From NCBI RefSeq assembly GCF_018350175.1, contig NC_058382.1, forward strand, positions 58,034,001 through 58,098,000: DNA of 64,000 nt, written 5' to 3'. The stretch is from Felis catus (Eukaryota). Both the position numbers and the translations under genes were made by a program. The notes beneath the pieces were generated by a model. The model was not told the origin of the DNA and ran no database searches. It worked only from the letters and a program-made list of their open reading frames with translations. This document shows positions 1 through 11,100 of the stretch, piece by piece (position 1 is the stretch's first letter; each line of letters starts with the position of its first letter).

Positions 1-117
1 GGCTCTGTGCTGGCAGCGAGGTGCCTGATGTGGATTCTGTCTCCCTCTCTCTCTGCTCCTCCCCCATGCTCGCTCTCTCTCTCTCTCTCTCTCCCTCAAA
101 ATAAATATTTAAAAAAC
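1..117 (+). mobile_element. CanSINE (SINEC) 3' part, cut by window edge
   Basis: GGCTCTGTGCTGGCAG...GATTCTGTCTCCCTCTCT, (CT)n tract, AAAATAAATATTTAAAAAA tail. Confidence 0.9.
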
Positions 118-304
118 TGAAAAATAAAAGACAGGATCCATCTGTACCCCAGGTACACAGGAAGGGTCTGATTTTAACGACCAAGGTCCAGGGAGGGCAG
201 GGGAAGAGCAGGCTGCCGAAAACGCAAGAAAAGGGAAAAGGAGGCAGTGACCTTCTCTGCTCCGAGGGCTTCCCATGTGGTGACCCTGGGGTGGGCATGA
301 GCTC

Positions 305-358
305 CATTCTACAGATGGAGAAACCAAGGGCAGGGTTCAGAAAGTTGCCCACGGCTGT
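305..358 (-). mobile_element. MIR core fragment
   Basis: CCATTCTACAGATGGAGAAACCAAGG...TTGCCCACGG resembles the reverse MIR core CCCATTTTACAGATGAGGAAACTGAGG. Confidence 0.6.
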
Positions 359-680
359 GCTGAAACCCCACCATTTTTTCTCTTTTTTTTCCCTTCTTTT
401 TTTTTTTTTTTTTTAATCACCGCGCTATTTAATATGGAGGTTGAGGGATGAAAATAAATGAGCTGCCCCCACCTCCAATTTCCTCCTGATTGAGAGGTGG
501 CGGCCTCCCGAGGGCTGGCGGGCCCCTCCCGGGGGAGCATCCCACGTCCTTCGTCGGTGTCCCGACACGGTGAGATGCCTGCCCCCGGCGGCATCAGAGG
601 CTGGCTGGGAGGTGGGCGTAATTGACTTGTAACATGCAGACCGTGACAGGCTGTCATCTGTGTTGGGCTCAGGGTAGGAG

Positions 681-686
<6 letters not shown>

Positions 687-740
<54 letters not shown>

Positions 741-756
741 CGCGTGCTCTCTCTCT
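687..756. repeat. Compound microsatellite (TG)23(CG)6 TG (CT)5
   Basis: Read directly from the sequence. Confidence 0.97.
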
Positions 757-1166
757 CCCTCATGTTTTATGGAGATAACAAACAATCTTTCCTGATTAGG
801 GAGAGCCTTGCAAACGCTGTGCAGGTGGCACGTGGGGCTGGGGAACCTGGGCACAACAGGGGATTCCTGACCCCCTGGAGCCTCCTCTCAAGCCCTGCCT
901 GCCCAGTCCCTCCCCTGCCCACCTTCGAACCCAAGCCATTGGCGAAGGGCTCCCAGTGCCCCTGACAAGTGCCCTTGTGGGGCACTCCTCTCGGCAGCAG
1001 GCTGCCCTGGGGTCTCGAGGCAGGCAGTGGCACCGTGGGAAGGGTACCTGTGCCCCCCCCCCCGCCAGACACGCACACACTGTGCCGCTGATGAAGCAGC
1101 ATGTGGGCTGGCACAGCCTGGAGCTGCCTTCCAGAGACACCGTTGAGGGCTTTTGGAGTCGCCCAG

Positions 1167-1234
1167 CCCCTTTTGCAGGTGTGGAAACTGAGGCCCAGAG
1201 AAGGCAAGTGACTTGCTCAAGGCTGCACAGCTGG
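1167..1234 (-). mobile_element. MIR core fragment
   Basis: TTTTGCAGGTGTGGAAACTGAGGCCCAGAGAAGGCAAGTGACTTGCTCAAGGCTGCACAGC. Confidence 0.85.
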
Positions 1235-1703
1235 GACAGCGGGTCTCCACCCCCACGCTCTCCCTGTGATGCTGCTGGTGGCCTGCCCTTCAGGGCGGGG
1301 GAGGCGTCCTCATCTAGACCCACCATGGCCACTGGGGACCAGGCAGGTGCTGGGGAGTGACCTTCCTGGGGCACCCGCTTTCCGAGCAGACGCCTAGGAC
1401 GCCGCCCCCTCGTGGTGCCTGCCGCCACACGGCCCCTCGGTCTCTGCGGGTGACAGAGGCTGCCCTGGGCACTCCTCCTCTCCAGGGCCACCTCCGCCCG
1501 GGCGGTGACCGGTTTGCTCTCCCACTGACGTCATCCAGGAGCCCGGTCTGATGGAGCCTCTCCTCCTGGTGCCCTTTTCCTCCCCGGGGCCATTTTTCTT
1601 GGTGACCCCAGGGTTTCGCTCCCTCTGCCCGGGTGACTCTGCGAGGACACGGCTCGCGTGGGCATTTGGCACAGCGAGCTCCCGACGCTGCCGTGCCCAG
1701 AGG

Positions 1704-1925
1704 TGGATTTTTCCATTCGCATCTTCTTTTCAAATATTTTCAGAATCTGGAAACAATTAAAGCGGCCCAGTGGGGGCCGATTTTATTCAATCAAAGCTCA
1801 CAGACTGTCGTGTGTGTTGGATCGATGCTGCCCTGGGCCGGCCGCTTTGTTAATGCTCTGTCCTGCGTGCAGCCTTGAAGGAAACTCAAACCGGAGGGAG
1901 GAAAAATCCATTTAATAATCCTTGG
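1704..1925. promoter_or_regulatory. Candidate enhancer (SOX, TCF/LEF and homeodomain motifs)
   Basis: AT-rich non-repeat island with AACAAT 1752, ATCAAAG 1790, CTTTGTT 1845 and TAAT cores; conservation not tested. Confidence 0.45.
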
Positions 1926-2992
1926 AAGCCCGCCTCCCACAAGCTGCAGAGACTGTCGCCCTGGGTGTTTCCGGGGTGGGAGAGGTTCCTGCGTGAGGTC
2001 TCGCCATCCGCTCCAGAAAGAGCAGTTTCTAAATGTGCCCGTCTGCAGGCTGCGACAGCCCATCCATCCGGGCCAGGCAGGCAGGAGGGGGCGGGAGGCG
2101 GGCGCCCTGTGCCAGCCACGTCTGGCTTCCGATCTCCGCCTCACCTTGTAGCAGTGCGGCCAGCCCGGATGCTTTCTTTCTCGGCGGGAGCCAGTCCCCC
2201 TGGGACTCGTGGCTCGTTCGGAGGCACAGCAGATGCCGTCAGGCCCCGCCTGTGCCCCGTGTCCCTTACCGCTTCATCTGCAGGTCTCTGGGTGCTTCCG
2301 GGGCCCCGGGAGCTGAAGATGGGCTACTGTTCTCCACGTGCCTCTCTCTACGGTGTCCTTGCCCTCCCCCCCACCCCCGCCTCCCTCCCCGCACCTGCTC
2401 TCCTGACATCCCTGTCATGCAGAGACCCCCGTGTGCTCCCGGGGTCGAGGAGGGTGCGCAGGCTGGCCCGGGGACTCGAGGTCCTGGGAGCTGGGGGGCG
2501 GACTGTCACCATAGTTACTGGCATCGGTGATCTTTAAGGGGCAAAGGGAGAGGCCTCCCCAAAGCCTGGAAACCCTGCCCGCACCAGGGAGTGACCGACA
2601 CGGTGAGCCCTTTACAGATTGGAAACCCCTCAGCTGTCACTCTGCGTTCTGGGACTCCATTTTCACCCCTGTCCCGAGTGGCAGGCGGGGCTGTGAGACC
2701 AGGAGCTGGAGGGAACCAGGAGCTCACAGGGGCCGAGGGGCTGACAGGGTCACAGGCCACCAACGGGTCTTCTGACCTTTTGCCCCCCTTCCCCCTGCCT
2801 GGGTGCCTGGGATAGAGACCAAGTGGGGGGGCAGCGTTGCCTGGAGGGAGGGGTGGTCTGGGTCACGTTCTGGGTCAGTCTAGGGAAGCAGGCAGAGGCC
2901 CCAGGGCAGGGGTGGGGGGACCTCGGGAGTACCTGCGGGGCCCTGTGGCCAGGCCAGCATCGGTGGGATGCCTTCTTTCAAGGACCCTTTCC

Positions 2993-3184
2993 AGAGCACT
3001 TGGGGGACTCGGTCAGTTGAGCGTTTCAGCTCAGGTCACGATCCCAGGGTCACGAGATTGAGCACCGCCTCGGGTTCTGTGCTGAGTGTGGAACCTGCTT
3101 GGGATTCTAAGACTCGCTCTCTCCCTTTGCGCCTCCCCTGTTCGTGTGCTTGCGTGCTTGCTCGCTCTGTCTCTAAAAATATTT
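2993..3184 (+). mobile_element. Older CanSINE with 13-bp TSD
   Basis: tRNA-like head TCAGGTCACGATCCCAGGGTC, GAACCTGCTTGGGATTCT; TSD AAGGACCCTTTCC 2980-2992 / AAGGACTCTTTCC 3185-3197. Confidence 0.88.
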
Positions 3185-3449
3185 AAGGACTCTTTCCTTT
3201 TGAACACGCAGCCCCCCCTCCCCTCCCCTCCCCTCTGCTGGAGGTCGCTCCCCGAGCAACCTATTGTGTGGGCAGCTGCCAGCCGGACACAGGTGCACGG
3301 GCACCCTGCGTCCAGTGCGGCCTCAGGCCAGCCACTGGCTGAGGGACAGTCAAGCCCCAGGCTCTCCTTGAGTGCATGGCTGTCCGTTCTTGGCACGAGG
3401 GTTCACTCTGCACACTTTGCGACACCGCCAGAGGTGCCTTCCGTCCTCA

Positions 3450-3974
3450 CCCGCGCCTGGGGACAGCTGGCAGCGGGGGTGGGGGCGATCCCACGCCTGG
3501 GGACAGCTGGTGTGTGGGGGGAGGAGTGGATCCTGTGCCTGGGGCAGCTGGTGGGAGGGAGGGGGGATCCTGTGCCTGAGGACAGCTGGTGGGGGGGGGG
3601 GTCCCACACCTGGGGATGACTGGTGGCGGGGGGCGGGGGTGGGATCCCATGCCTGGGGACAGCTGGTGTCGGGCGGGGGGGGGGGTGGATCCTGTGCCTG
3701 GGGCAGCTGGTGGGGGTGGGGGGGATCCTGTGCCTGGGGACAGCTGGTGGCGGGGGACGGGGATGGGATCCCACGCCTGGGGACAGCTGGCGGGGCTGGG
3801 GGGGATCCTGTGCCAGGGGACAGCTGGTGGCGGGCGGTGGGGGGTGGATCCTGTGCCTGGGGACAGCTGGCGGCGGGAGTGGAGGGGATCCTGTGCTTGG
3901 GGACAGCTGGTGGCGGGGTGCGGGGGGAGGGGGGATCCTGCGCCTGGGGACAGCTGGCAGGGTGGGGGGGATCC
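3450..3974. repeat. G-rich minisatellite (VNTR), ~13 copies of a ~40-bp unit
   Basis: Unit GGATCC(TGTG/CACG)CCTGGGGACAGCTGGTGGC followed by a variable G-run. Confidence 0.95.
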
Positions 3975-4457
3975 GGGCGATCACTCCCCCAAGTCAACGG
4001 AGCCGCATCTGGCCTTCACCATCCTTGGAGTTAAGCCTTTGACAACTCTGCCTGTTTCTTTCCGGGTCTGAAGTCTGTTCGTGTTTCTGCTTCTTCCCGG
4101 GTGAATTTTGGCAGACTCTACTTTCCTCGAAAACTGCCCATTTTTGGTGCGACCTTTCTCCGCGCCACGGTTCAGTTGCACACGGTGTTCCGTAACCCCC
4201 CCGGGCACCTGCCAGGTCCACGGATAGGCCAGCCCCTTCCCGCCCCCGCCCCACGGCTCCTGGCGGGGCGCGGGCGCGGGCTCGAGGACCTCAAGGAGGC
4301 GCGGGAGGGACCCCCACGGCCCTGTCTGTGCTCAGGCGTCCCTGCTTCTGCTCAGGCGAGATCGGAAGCCAGGACCGGCTGAGGGTCGGCACGGTAACAG
4401 CCTTGAGGTGAGGGGTGCCAGCTTCAGGGCCACGCAGACCTCAGAGCCAGGGGACCA

Positions 4458-4550
4458 CAGGCAACGACTCAGCTTCTCTGGGCCCCAGGGTCCTCATTTC
4501 CAACATGGGGTGACCATAGCTCTGTGTCGTCGTCTCTACCGCGGGGTGAC
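4458..4550 (+). mobile_element. MIR fragment
   Basis: AGCTTCTCTGGGCCCCAGGGTCCTCATTTCCAACATGGGGTGACCATAG. Confidence 0.55.
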
Positions 4551-4677
4551 CGTCACCGGCTGCACAGAGGGTGTGGGGGTGGAGGGGACATCACAGCCAA
4601 GTGAGGTGAGAAGGGTGAGTCTTTGTGTGTAATTAACCCTAACAAACCTGACTTTGAAGCATTTTTAAGGAGCCGGT

Positions 4678-5035
4678 ACAGCAGCATGAATCACAAGAGC
4701 CAGAAGCTAGAATCTGCCCAAATGTCCATCAACGAGTGTGAAACCAAATGTGGTCCATCCGTAGTGTGTGGAAGATTTGCTCGGGCCCCGAAAACCTCCC
4801 ACCGGGTGACAGACGCCAGCCCCAGAAGGCCACGTGCGTGTGATCCCATGCATAGAAACATCCAGAACAGGCAAACCCGTGGGGGCAGTAGGCAGGCTGG
4901 GGCTTGCCAGGGGCTTAGGGGGAAGATGGGGAGTGAGTGCTGATGGGGACAGGGTCTCTGTTTCCGGTGACAGAAATCACACCCAGGGAATGGAGTAAAT
5001 GCTACTGAATCGTCGAAGACGGTTAACACGGTCAA
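4678..5035 (+). mobile_element. L1M (L1MB-like) 3' fragment
   Basis: CCCAAATGTCCATCAAC, AAATGTGGTCCATCC, ATCCAGAACAGGCAAA, TTGCCAGGGGCTTAGGGGGAAG match old L1 3'UTR motifs. Confidence 0.8.
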
Positions 5036-6204
5036 GGCCGTCTTGCGTGCAGATAGAGCGGTGTGCTCAGTGACACGTGGCCTGGTGGCACTCAGGAGGG
5101 TTGACTCCATAGCTTTGGGGCCAGGGGCCCAGCACTGTGCACTCTGCTCCCTGCGGGGTTCCAGAACCGCGTCGGGGGTACTGGCCGCACCCCTGCCCTC
5201 TGCTGCCAGGGGTGGTAGCTGGCTCAGTCACGGCCGTGCTGACGAGGCCCGGCTGCCCCAGCCTCCTCTTGCCAGCGAGAGGAACCGAGCCCAGAGCGCC
5301 GGTCTGGTCTGGTCCGGTGACCGGCACCTGCCCCCGGGAACAGGTCACCTGCCACCCGCTCGGTACAGACAGCTGAGCCCTGGACCCCGCAGCCTCCCAG
5401 GGCCCCGGCCCTGCGCCTTCTGTAGCTTGTGGGGGAGCGGAGGCACCTCCCGTGGTTTCTCCATCAGCAGACTGGAAGATCACAGCGCCCCTAATTACAG
5501 CTCGTCGGCTGCCCGTGTCCCGCGGTGGGAGGTTGTCAGACACGAGAGGCCACACGCGGTTCTGCCGGGGCTGGCCACAGGGCATGGCAGGGAAACGGCA
5601 GCCAGCCGCAGGCGCTGACCGGGGCCTGCTCTGGCCCCGCCTACCGGCAGAGGAAGATTCCAGAGCCCGCAGCCTCAGGAACGGGGAGGAGGGTGGACAG
5701 TTCCAGGCTAGGACGGCCAGCCAGAGCCCCAACAGTCCGGCTCGTCAGCACTGAGGGAGGGCGGGACCCGTGTGGAAGGCAGGCCGGGGGAAGGGGTGGG
5801 AGAAGAAAGCCTGGGCCAGGGGCCTTGAGAAGCAAAGGCCTGGAGGCGGGGGGACTGGGACCCCGGGACGCTGAGGGGTGAGGGCCCCCCGGGCACTGGC
5901 AGGGAGCGTCCTGAGGGAAGGGCCTTGGCCTGAGTCTAGAGCCTTCTCACCAGACTCATAGTAAGTATCCACTGTGAACCACACCAGTGAACGGAGAGAA
6001 GGTTCTGGAGCCATCCCCGCCCCCCAGAGCCATGAGGGTCAAGGATGAATTCTGCGGGTCTGTCCTGGGAGGTGCGGAGCCATTCAGGGCGCGAGGACCC
6101 CCAGAGGCCCAACCTGGGTGCATTAAGCTCATGCCTCCCTCCCAGGCCCCAGACCCACTTGGCCGCTGAGCAGAGGGCACACTGGGGTGCCGAGCCCCAC
6201 GCCC

Positions 6205-6218
6205 CCAGCAGATGGCGC
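6205..6218 (+). promoter_or_regulatory. CTCF core motif
   Basis: CCAGCAGATGGCGC matches CCASYAGRKGGCRS at 14/14. Confidence 0.55.
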
Positions 6219-6532
6219 CCTTGGCCTGGGCAGGGAAGGGGCTTCTCTGGGACCGGGCAGATGGCTGAGCAGATGCCCTCTGGTCCCCGTTTATTTCTGC
6301 ACTTTAGGGTGCAAGGCCTCACACAGGCCCTCCCTCCGCTCCTGCACGGCTATGGGCAAAGCCAGAGGGGGCACTTCCTAAGTCCCTGGGCCTCAGGGTC
6401 CCCCTCTCCACAGTGGGCATATTTCCTGCCTCAGAGGGCGGGGAGCCCGTAGGTAATTGAGCCGTGCACTGGCACAGCATCTGGTCACCGAGAAGGTCGT
6501 CCTAACTGTGAGACTGCGTTGGCAGGGTTCCC

Positions 6533-6609
6533 GTCCCCACCTTTCAGATGAGGAGAGCAATGGAGGCCCAGAGAGGTTGCGTTCCTTGCCCAAGGTCACA
6601 CAGCTGGGG
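6533..6609 (-). mobile_element. MIR core fragment
   Basis: CAGATGAGGAGA...GAGGCCCAGAGAGGTT...TTGCCCAAGGTCACACAGCT. Confidence 0.85.
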
Positions 6610-7164
6610 GACTACGCCAGGCGAGCTGTCTCACCTTGTAGGGCGGCTGGAAGGCCCTTCTGGTGGCTGCTGACTTTTGCTGCACCCTTGCTGTGTGAAC
6701 CCCTGACGCAGACCTTCTCACTTAGCCCAAAGGGAGAGCCTGAGGCAAACCGAGGCAGGAGGACCTAAGGAAGTCGGCCCAGGAGACTCAGAGCTCCCGT
6801 GCGGTGGGCGAGGAGGTCTGATCCGCAGCGAGACTGGGTTGGAGTCACTCATTCAGCTGACAGTTTCCCCAGCCCCTGCTGTGACCCAGCCTGGCCGCAC
6901 CCCTGCGCCTGGCGGCAGGGACATTGGTGAAATCAGTAACCCACTAAATGGTCGCGTGCTAAATGGGGCTGTGCAGGTGACCGAGTCACCGAGGCAGTCA
7001 CCTCGGGCAGCGTTCAGGATATTTGATTCAGAAAGGGTGGTGGGGTCGGGGAGGAGGGCGGTGAGGGCCGGCCAGGAAGACAGTGGAGGATGCAGAGGTG
7101 GGGTGGGCCGTGCGCCCGGGGGGAGACCCCAGGTGGCCCCAGGACTTCCTGCTGCGGGGTCATT

Positions 7165-7250
7165 GGCTGGAGCCTGCTTGGAATTCTCTCTCTCCCCGCC
7201 TGTCCCCTGCTTGTGCTATCTCTCTCAACATAAATAAAACTTTAAAAAAA
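7165..7250 (+). mobile_element. 5'-truncated CanSINE
   Basis: GGAGCCTGCTTGGAATTCTCTCTCTC...TCTCTCAACATAAATAAAACTTTAAAAAAA. Confidence 0.85.
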
Positions 7251-8549
7251 TAGCGTAGGTTTTCAAAACAGAATTACGTGATCTTGGACTGACTTACGCT
7301 TCCCCTGTGAGCATGAATTTGTGAAATTTTTTGTTGCTCTTTTCCTGCTTCAAATGTTTTGGGGGATGTTTTCACCCCCAACGTCTTAAGACGCAAATGA
7401 CGTGTTAACGTGGTGTCGGACGAGAGGTTTCCGGGCCTGTTCCTCCAGCTTCGGGGTGGAGCGCCGCGGCTGAGACGGAAGGGGGAACAGCGGGGGAGGA
7501 AAGGGCAAGCTTGGGGTCTGAACCCCTGCAGAGGGGACCCCTGTGTCCCCTCTCGGTGATGAAAATCCTGCTGCCGGGCCGGCCTGCCTTTCATCCCGCT
7601 GAGAGTCCCTCCCCAGCCCAGAGCCTTGGCTTCCTCGCGTGTCACGGGGCTCGTGCCGTCCCTGCTGCTTCCTGGGTCGTTGGGGCACATGTGTCCCGTA
7701 TCCGGACACCTGTGAGGCTGCCCGGCGCTGTGCCCGTATTGGAGGTGGTGGTTTTCTGAGCGCCCGTTTTTCTCGTGCTCACTCAAGTCCCTGAGACTGT
7801 GCCCCTCCCCTGCCCACGTTTGGATCGAAATCTCAAGAAAAGCCCCCTCCCTGAATCTCAGAGCTGACGAGGGGCTTTCATCGGGCGGGGAGGGGGGGGC
7901 GGGTCATGAGCCAGGGGGATGCCTTGTGTTGAGTTTAGGCGTGTGACTCCGGGAGTCATTGGATTCCGTGCACCTGCAGAGTTGGGGGGGGGGGGGCAGT
8001 TGAGGCTGCCCAGGCCCCAAAAGCGCTCTTTCCCCCAAGGTTTGCTGAAGTCAGCACATCCGTTGGCAGTATCCCCAGAGCAAGGTCCGCAGTGCTTGTC
8101 CCAAAGCCCATATTATTTCGGAGCCGATGGGCGTAGCCCTCGGGCCGCGTGCACCCAGCTCCTGCCTCTCCCTGCCCCGTGACCTTGAGTGAGTCCCTCG
8201 CCGGTCAGGATGAGGCCTCTCTGCCCCAGAACCCCCCCTCCCTCCCCCCCCGCAGACACCAAGGCTCTCCAACTCCACCAGGAAGGGGTCGTCTTCCAGA
8301 AAGGTGAAGAAGCAGATAAACCCACAAAGCCAGCGGTCTCTCTCTGGACACAAGCACCATTAAGCTTTAGAGCCGCAAGGTACCTTAACAGGCCAGCAGT
8401 TCTGAACCTCGTGGGGCGGGCAGGACATCCAAGGCCTTGGGACTCCTCCGAGGTCATGAATTCTTGACAGCAGGAGAGCGATGGCTTCTTCCTGGAGCCA
8501 CTGGGCGGTGGCGCTCACGCCCCCCCCCCCCCCCAAGCTGGGCCACGGA

Positions 8550-8750
8550 ACAACTCAAAGCGGTTCAGTTAATTAACCCTCCCAGCACCTCTCCAAAGGA
8601 GATAATTATTACTCATATCCCCTCCGTAGGTGGTTAAACCGAGGCCCACAGGGTTGAGCGAGTGGATTAAATGCCCAGCGGAGAAGTTACTCCGCATCGA
8701 GGCTTAATCTAACCTACCTCTTAATTAGTCCGGGCCGGGAGTTTCAAAGA
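8550..8750. promoter_or_regulatory. Candidate enhancer with homeodomain motif cluster
   Basis: GTTAATTAAC 8568-8577, ATAATTAT, GGATTA 8664, TAATCT, CTTAATTAG 8720. Confidence 0.5.
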
Positions 8751-9593
8751 CCAGTCTCGAAGACTCCATTTTTGTTGTCTTGTTTCAAAAACCACACGCA
8801 CCACTCGAAAAAGAAAAAGAAAGTCCCAGAAGAATGTGAAGCTCGAACCCCTCCCCCAGTCCACCTGTGGTGGGGTTTCCATGGGCAGGACTGAAGCAGT
8901 GGGCGTGGCGGGGTGGGGGGGGGCAGTTACATCCAGAAGGCTCGACTGCCCCTCTAGACAATGAGCGCACTCCTGGGCTCTGGGTGATATTCTGGGACAG
9001 GAGGACGGAGAAGGGGGTGCGTTAGACTGGGGTGCTAAGCCTTGTCACCTCTGCTTTGGGGAGATCGAGGAGTGGGATGGAGTCACCTTGTCGGGGGCGC
9101 GATCACTATGACACGGGCAGGGTTAGTTAGCCGGAAATCACGGGGTCCCCGGGGTCAGCCCACATGCAGGACATTCCCTTTCCCTGGAGCTTTGGGGGCT
9201 GCATTCGCCCCGTGTAGGATCTTGCGGGGGGGGGAGGGGGCACCCAAACATCCGGGCTCTTGGCCGTCATTTTTTGTAACCATTGCTTTACGTTGACTGG
9301 GTGGCCCGCCTGTCTCCCGCTGGGGTTGATAGATCTTAAAGCCTTTCTCCCTCCAGACTTGTGAAAGTTGCTGGTCTTTTGGGGGACCCGCGGTGTTTAC
9401 AGGACCGGGTTAGAGCTGCCAATCCAAGACCGTCGAATGTCTGAGTCAGAGAGGACCAGAGGTGTCCTGGTAGCCGGCTGGTTTGATGACGAGGACACTG
9501 AGCCCCCAGAGGAACGGGGCTTGCACAGTGCGCGTTGCTAGCAGCCGGGAGGACCCCCGAGGCTCTTGTTTTCCTAGGAGGAGTTTGTTGTTG

Positions 9594-9807
9594 TTTTTTT
9601 TTTTCAACGTTTATTTATTTTTGGGACAGAGAGAGACAGAGCATGAACGGGGGAGGGGCAGAGAGAGAGGGAGACACAGAATCGGAAGCAGGCCCCAGGC
9701 TCCAAGCTGTTGGCACAGAGCCCGACGCGGGGCTCGAACTCACAGACCGCGAGATCGTGACCTGGCTGAAGTCGGACGCTTAACCGACTGCGCCACCCAG
9801 GCGCCCC
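9594..9807 (-). mobile_element. Full-length felid CanSINE (SINEC_Fc type)
   Basis: Poly-T, TTTATTTATTTTTGGGACAGAGAGAGACAGAGCATGAACGGGGGAGGGGC...GTCGGACGCTTAACCGACTGCGCCACCCAGGCGCCCC; CpGs retained, so young. Confidence 0.97.
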
Positions 9808-10304
9808 CACACCGGGGTTTCTTAAGTCTAGATCCACCTTTATCACCTATCATATAAGGTCTAGTTTCCCGGTTAATTTGTGTAACTCAGTGCTGCGTTA
9901 ACACCCGACGCCACATGACTAATCGCCCCCACCCCCGCCCCCACCACCAAATGCTTAACACCACGTTGACTGTCTCTCCGGTTTCTGTGGGTCGGGATTT
10001 CAGAAGTGGCTCCGCCGGGCAGTTCTGACGTACGGTTTCTCAAGAGGTCGGCTGGGTCTGGCGTCAGCTGTGGGCTGACCCCGGGCAGCAAGATTAGCTT
10101 CCAAGCTGGCGCCTTCACTTGGCGGGCGGGTTGGGTCCAGTCTACATGGTGGGTCTCTCCACGGGGCTGCGTGAGTGACCTTGCAACACGGTCAGCAGCT
10201 CAAGAGAGCAGGGTGCGAGGGTAACACTCCGGTGACCAGTCTTAGAGTCATGAACTGGCCCCTTGTCGTCGCTTCCGGACCCCGCCCTCATCTCACTAGA
10301 CCTC

Positions 10305-10322
10305 CAGCGCCCCCTGCTGGCT
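10305..10322 (-). promoter_or_regulatory. Strong CTCF motif
   Basis: Reverse strand reads AGCCAGCAGGGGGCGCTG, an exact core match; ETS-like CTTCCGG and CCGCCC lie just upstream. Confidence 0.65.
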
Positions 10323-10473
10323 CTGTCCCTAACCGAGTGCCGAGTTAGCAGAATCTGAAAACCCTGCTGGGGGGAGGGGGGGGCCTTAGAAGTCAGAGAT
10401 GAGTGGCTGCCAGCCCTCTGTGCCCAAGTTTCACGTGAATCCCAGCTGGGTCTCTCTCTCTCTCTCTCTCTTG

Positions 10474-10677
10474 TTTTTTTTTTTTTTTTAGTTTATTTAT
10501 TTATTTTGGGGGGGGGTGCAGAAGGGAGAGGGAGAATCCCAAGCCGGCTCCGTGCTGTCAGTGCAAGAGCCTGATACGGGGCTCGAACCCATGAACTGTG
10601 AGATCCTGACCTGAGCTGACATCGAGAGTCAGATGCTTGAGTGAGCCACCCCCCCTCCCCCCGCCCCCAGGTGGCCC
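10474..10677 (-). mobile_element. CanSINE
   Basis: Poly-T, GGAGAATCCCAAGCCGGCTCCGTGCTGTCAG, GGGCTCGAACCCATGAACTGTGAGATC. Confidence 0.92.
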
Positions 10678-11019
10678 TGGGTCTCTCCCTTTGCCTTCTA
10701 GAACCACAGCAGCAGATGACCATTCACACTCTTATTCTGGGGCGTGGGGGCCCCCAACACATGCTCTGAGTTGGACAGAGGGGTGCCTGAGGGCCCCAGC
10801 GAGCTGGCTCGTCCTGAATCCTGGGACGCCCCCCGCCCCCGTCCGGGGGGGCTGAACCGCACCGTGCAGCCTCGTCAGGCCCGTAGCCCGAACCAAGAGG
10901 CAGCACCACAGGAGAGAAGAAGATATTCGCAGGTGTTTGCACAGCCGCAGCCGGGTCCTGTGCCCGGGACCCTCCTCGGCCTATTAGCTCAGCGCAGCCC
11001 CAGACAGCCCCTGGGGAGT

Positions 11020-11100
11020 GGATGGGGAACCCGAGGCCCAGAGAAGTGAAGTCTCTTGCCTAAGGCCGCACAGCAAGGCAGCAGTGGAGCTGGGACTCGG
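11020..11100 (-). mobile_element. MIR fragment
   Basis: GATGGGGAACCCGAGGCCCAGAGAAGTGAAGTCTCTTGCCTAAGGCCGCACAGC. Confidence 0.8.

Noticed and set aside
3350..4071. Repetitive ORFs, or a CRISPR-like repeat-spacer pattern
   Set aside because: This is a eukaryotic minisatellite; the spacers are G-runs rather than unique sequence, and there are no cas genes
8256..8303. Possible 48-nt micro-exon (CCCCGCAG ... AAG/GTGAAG)
   Set aside because: Weak donor, C-only tract and no recognisable peptide; such sites are common in GC-rich introns
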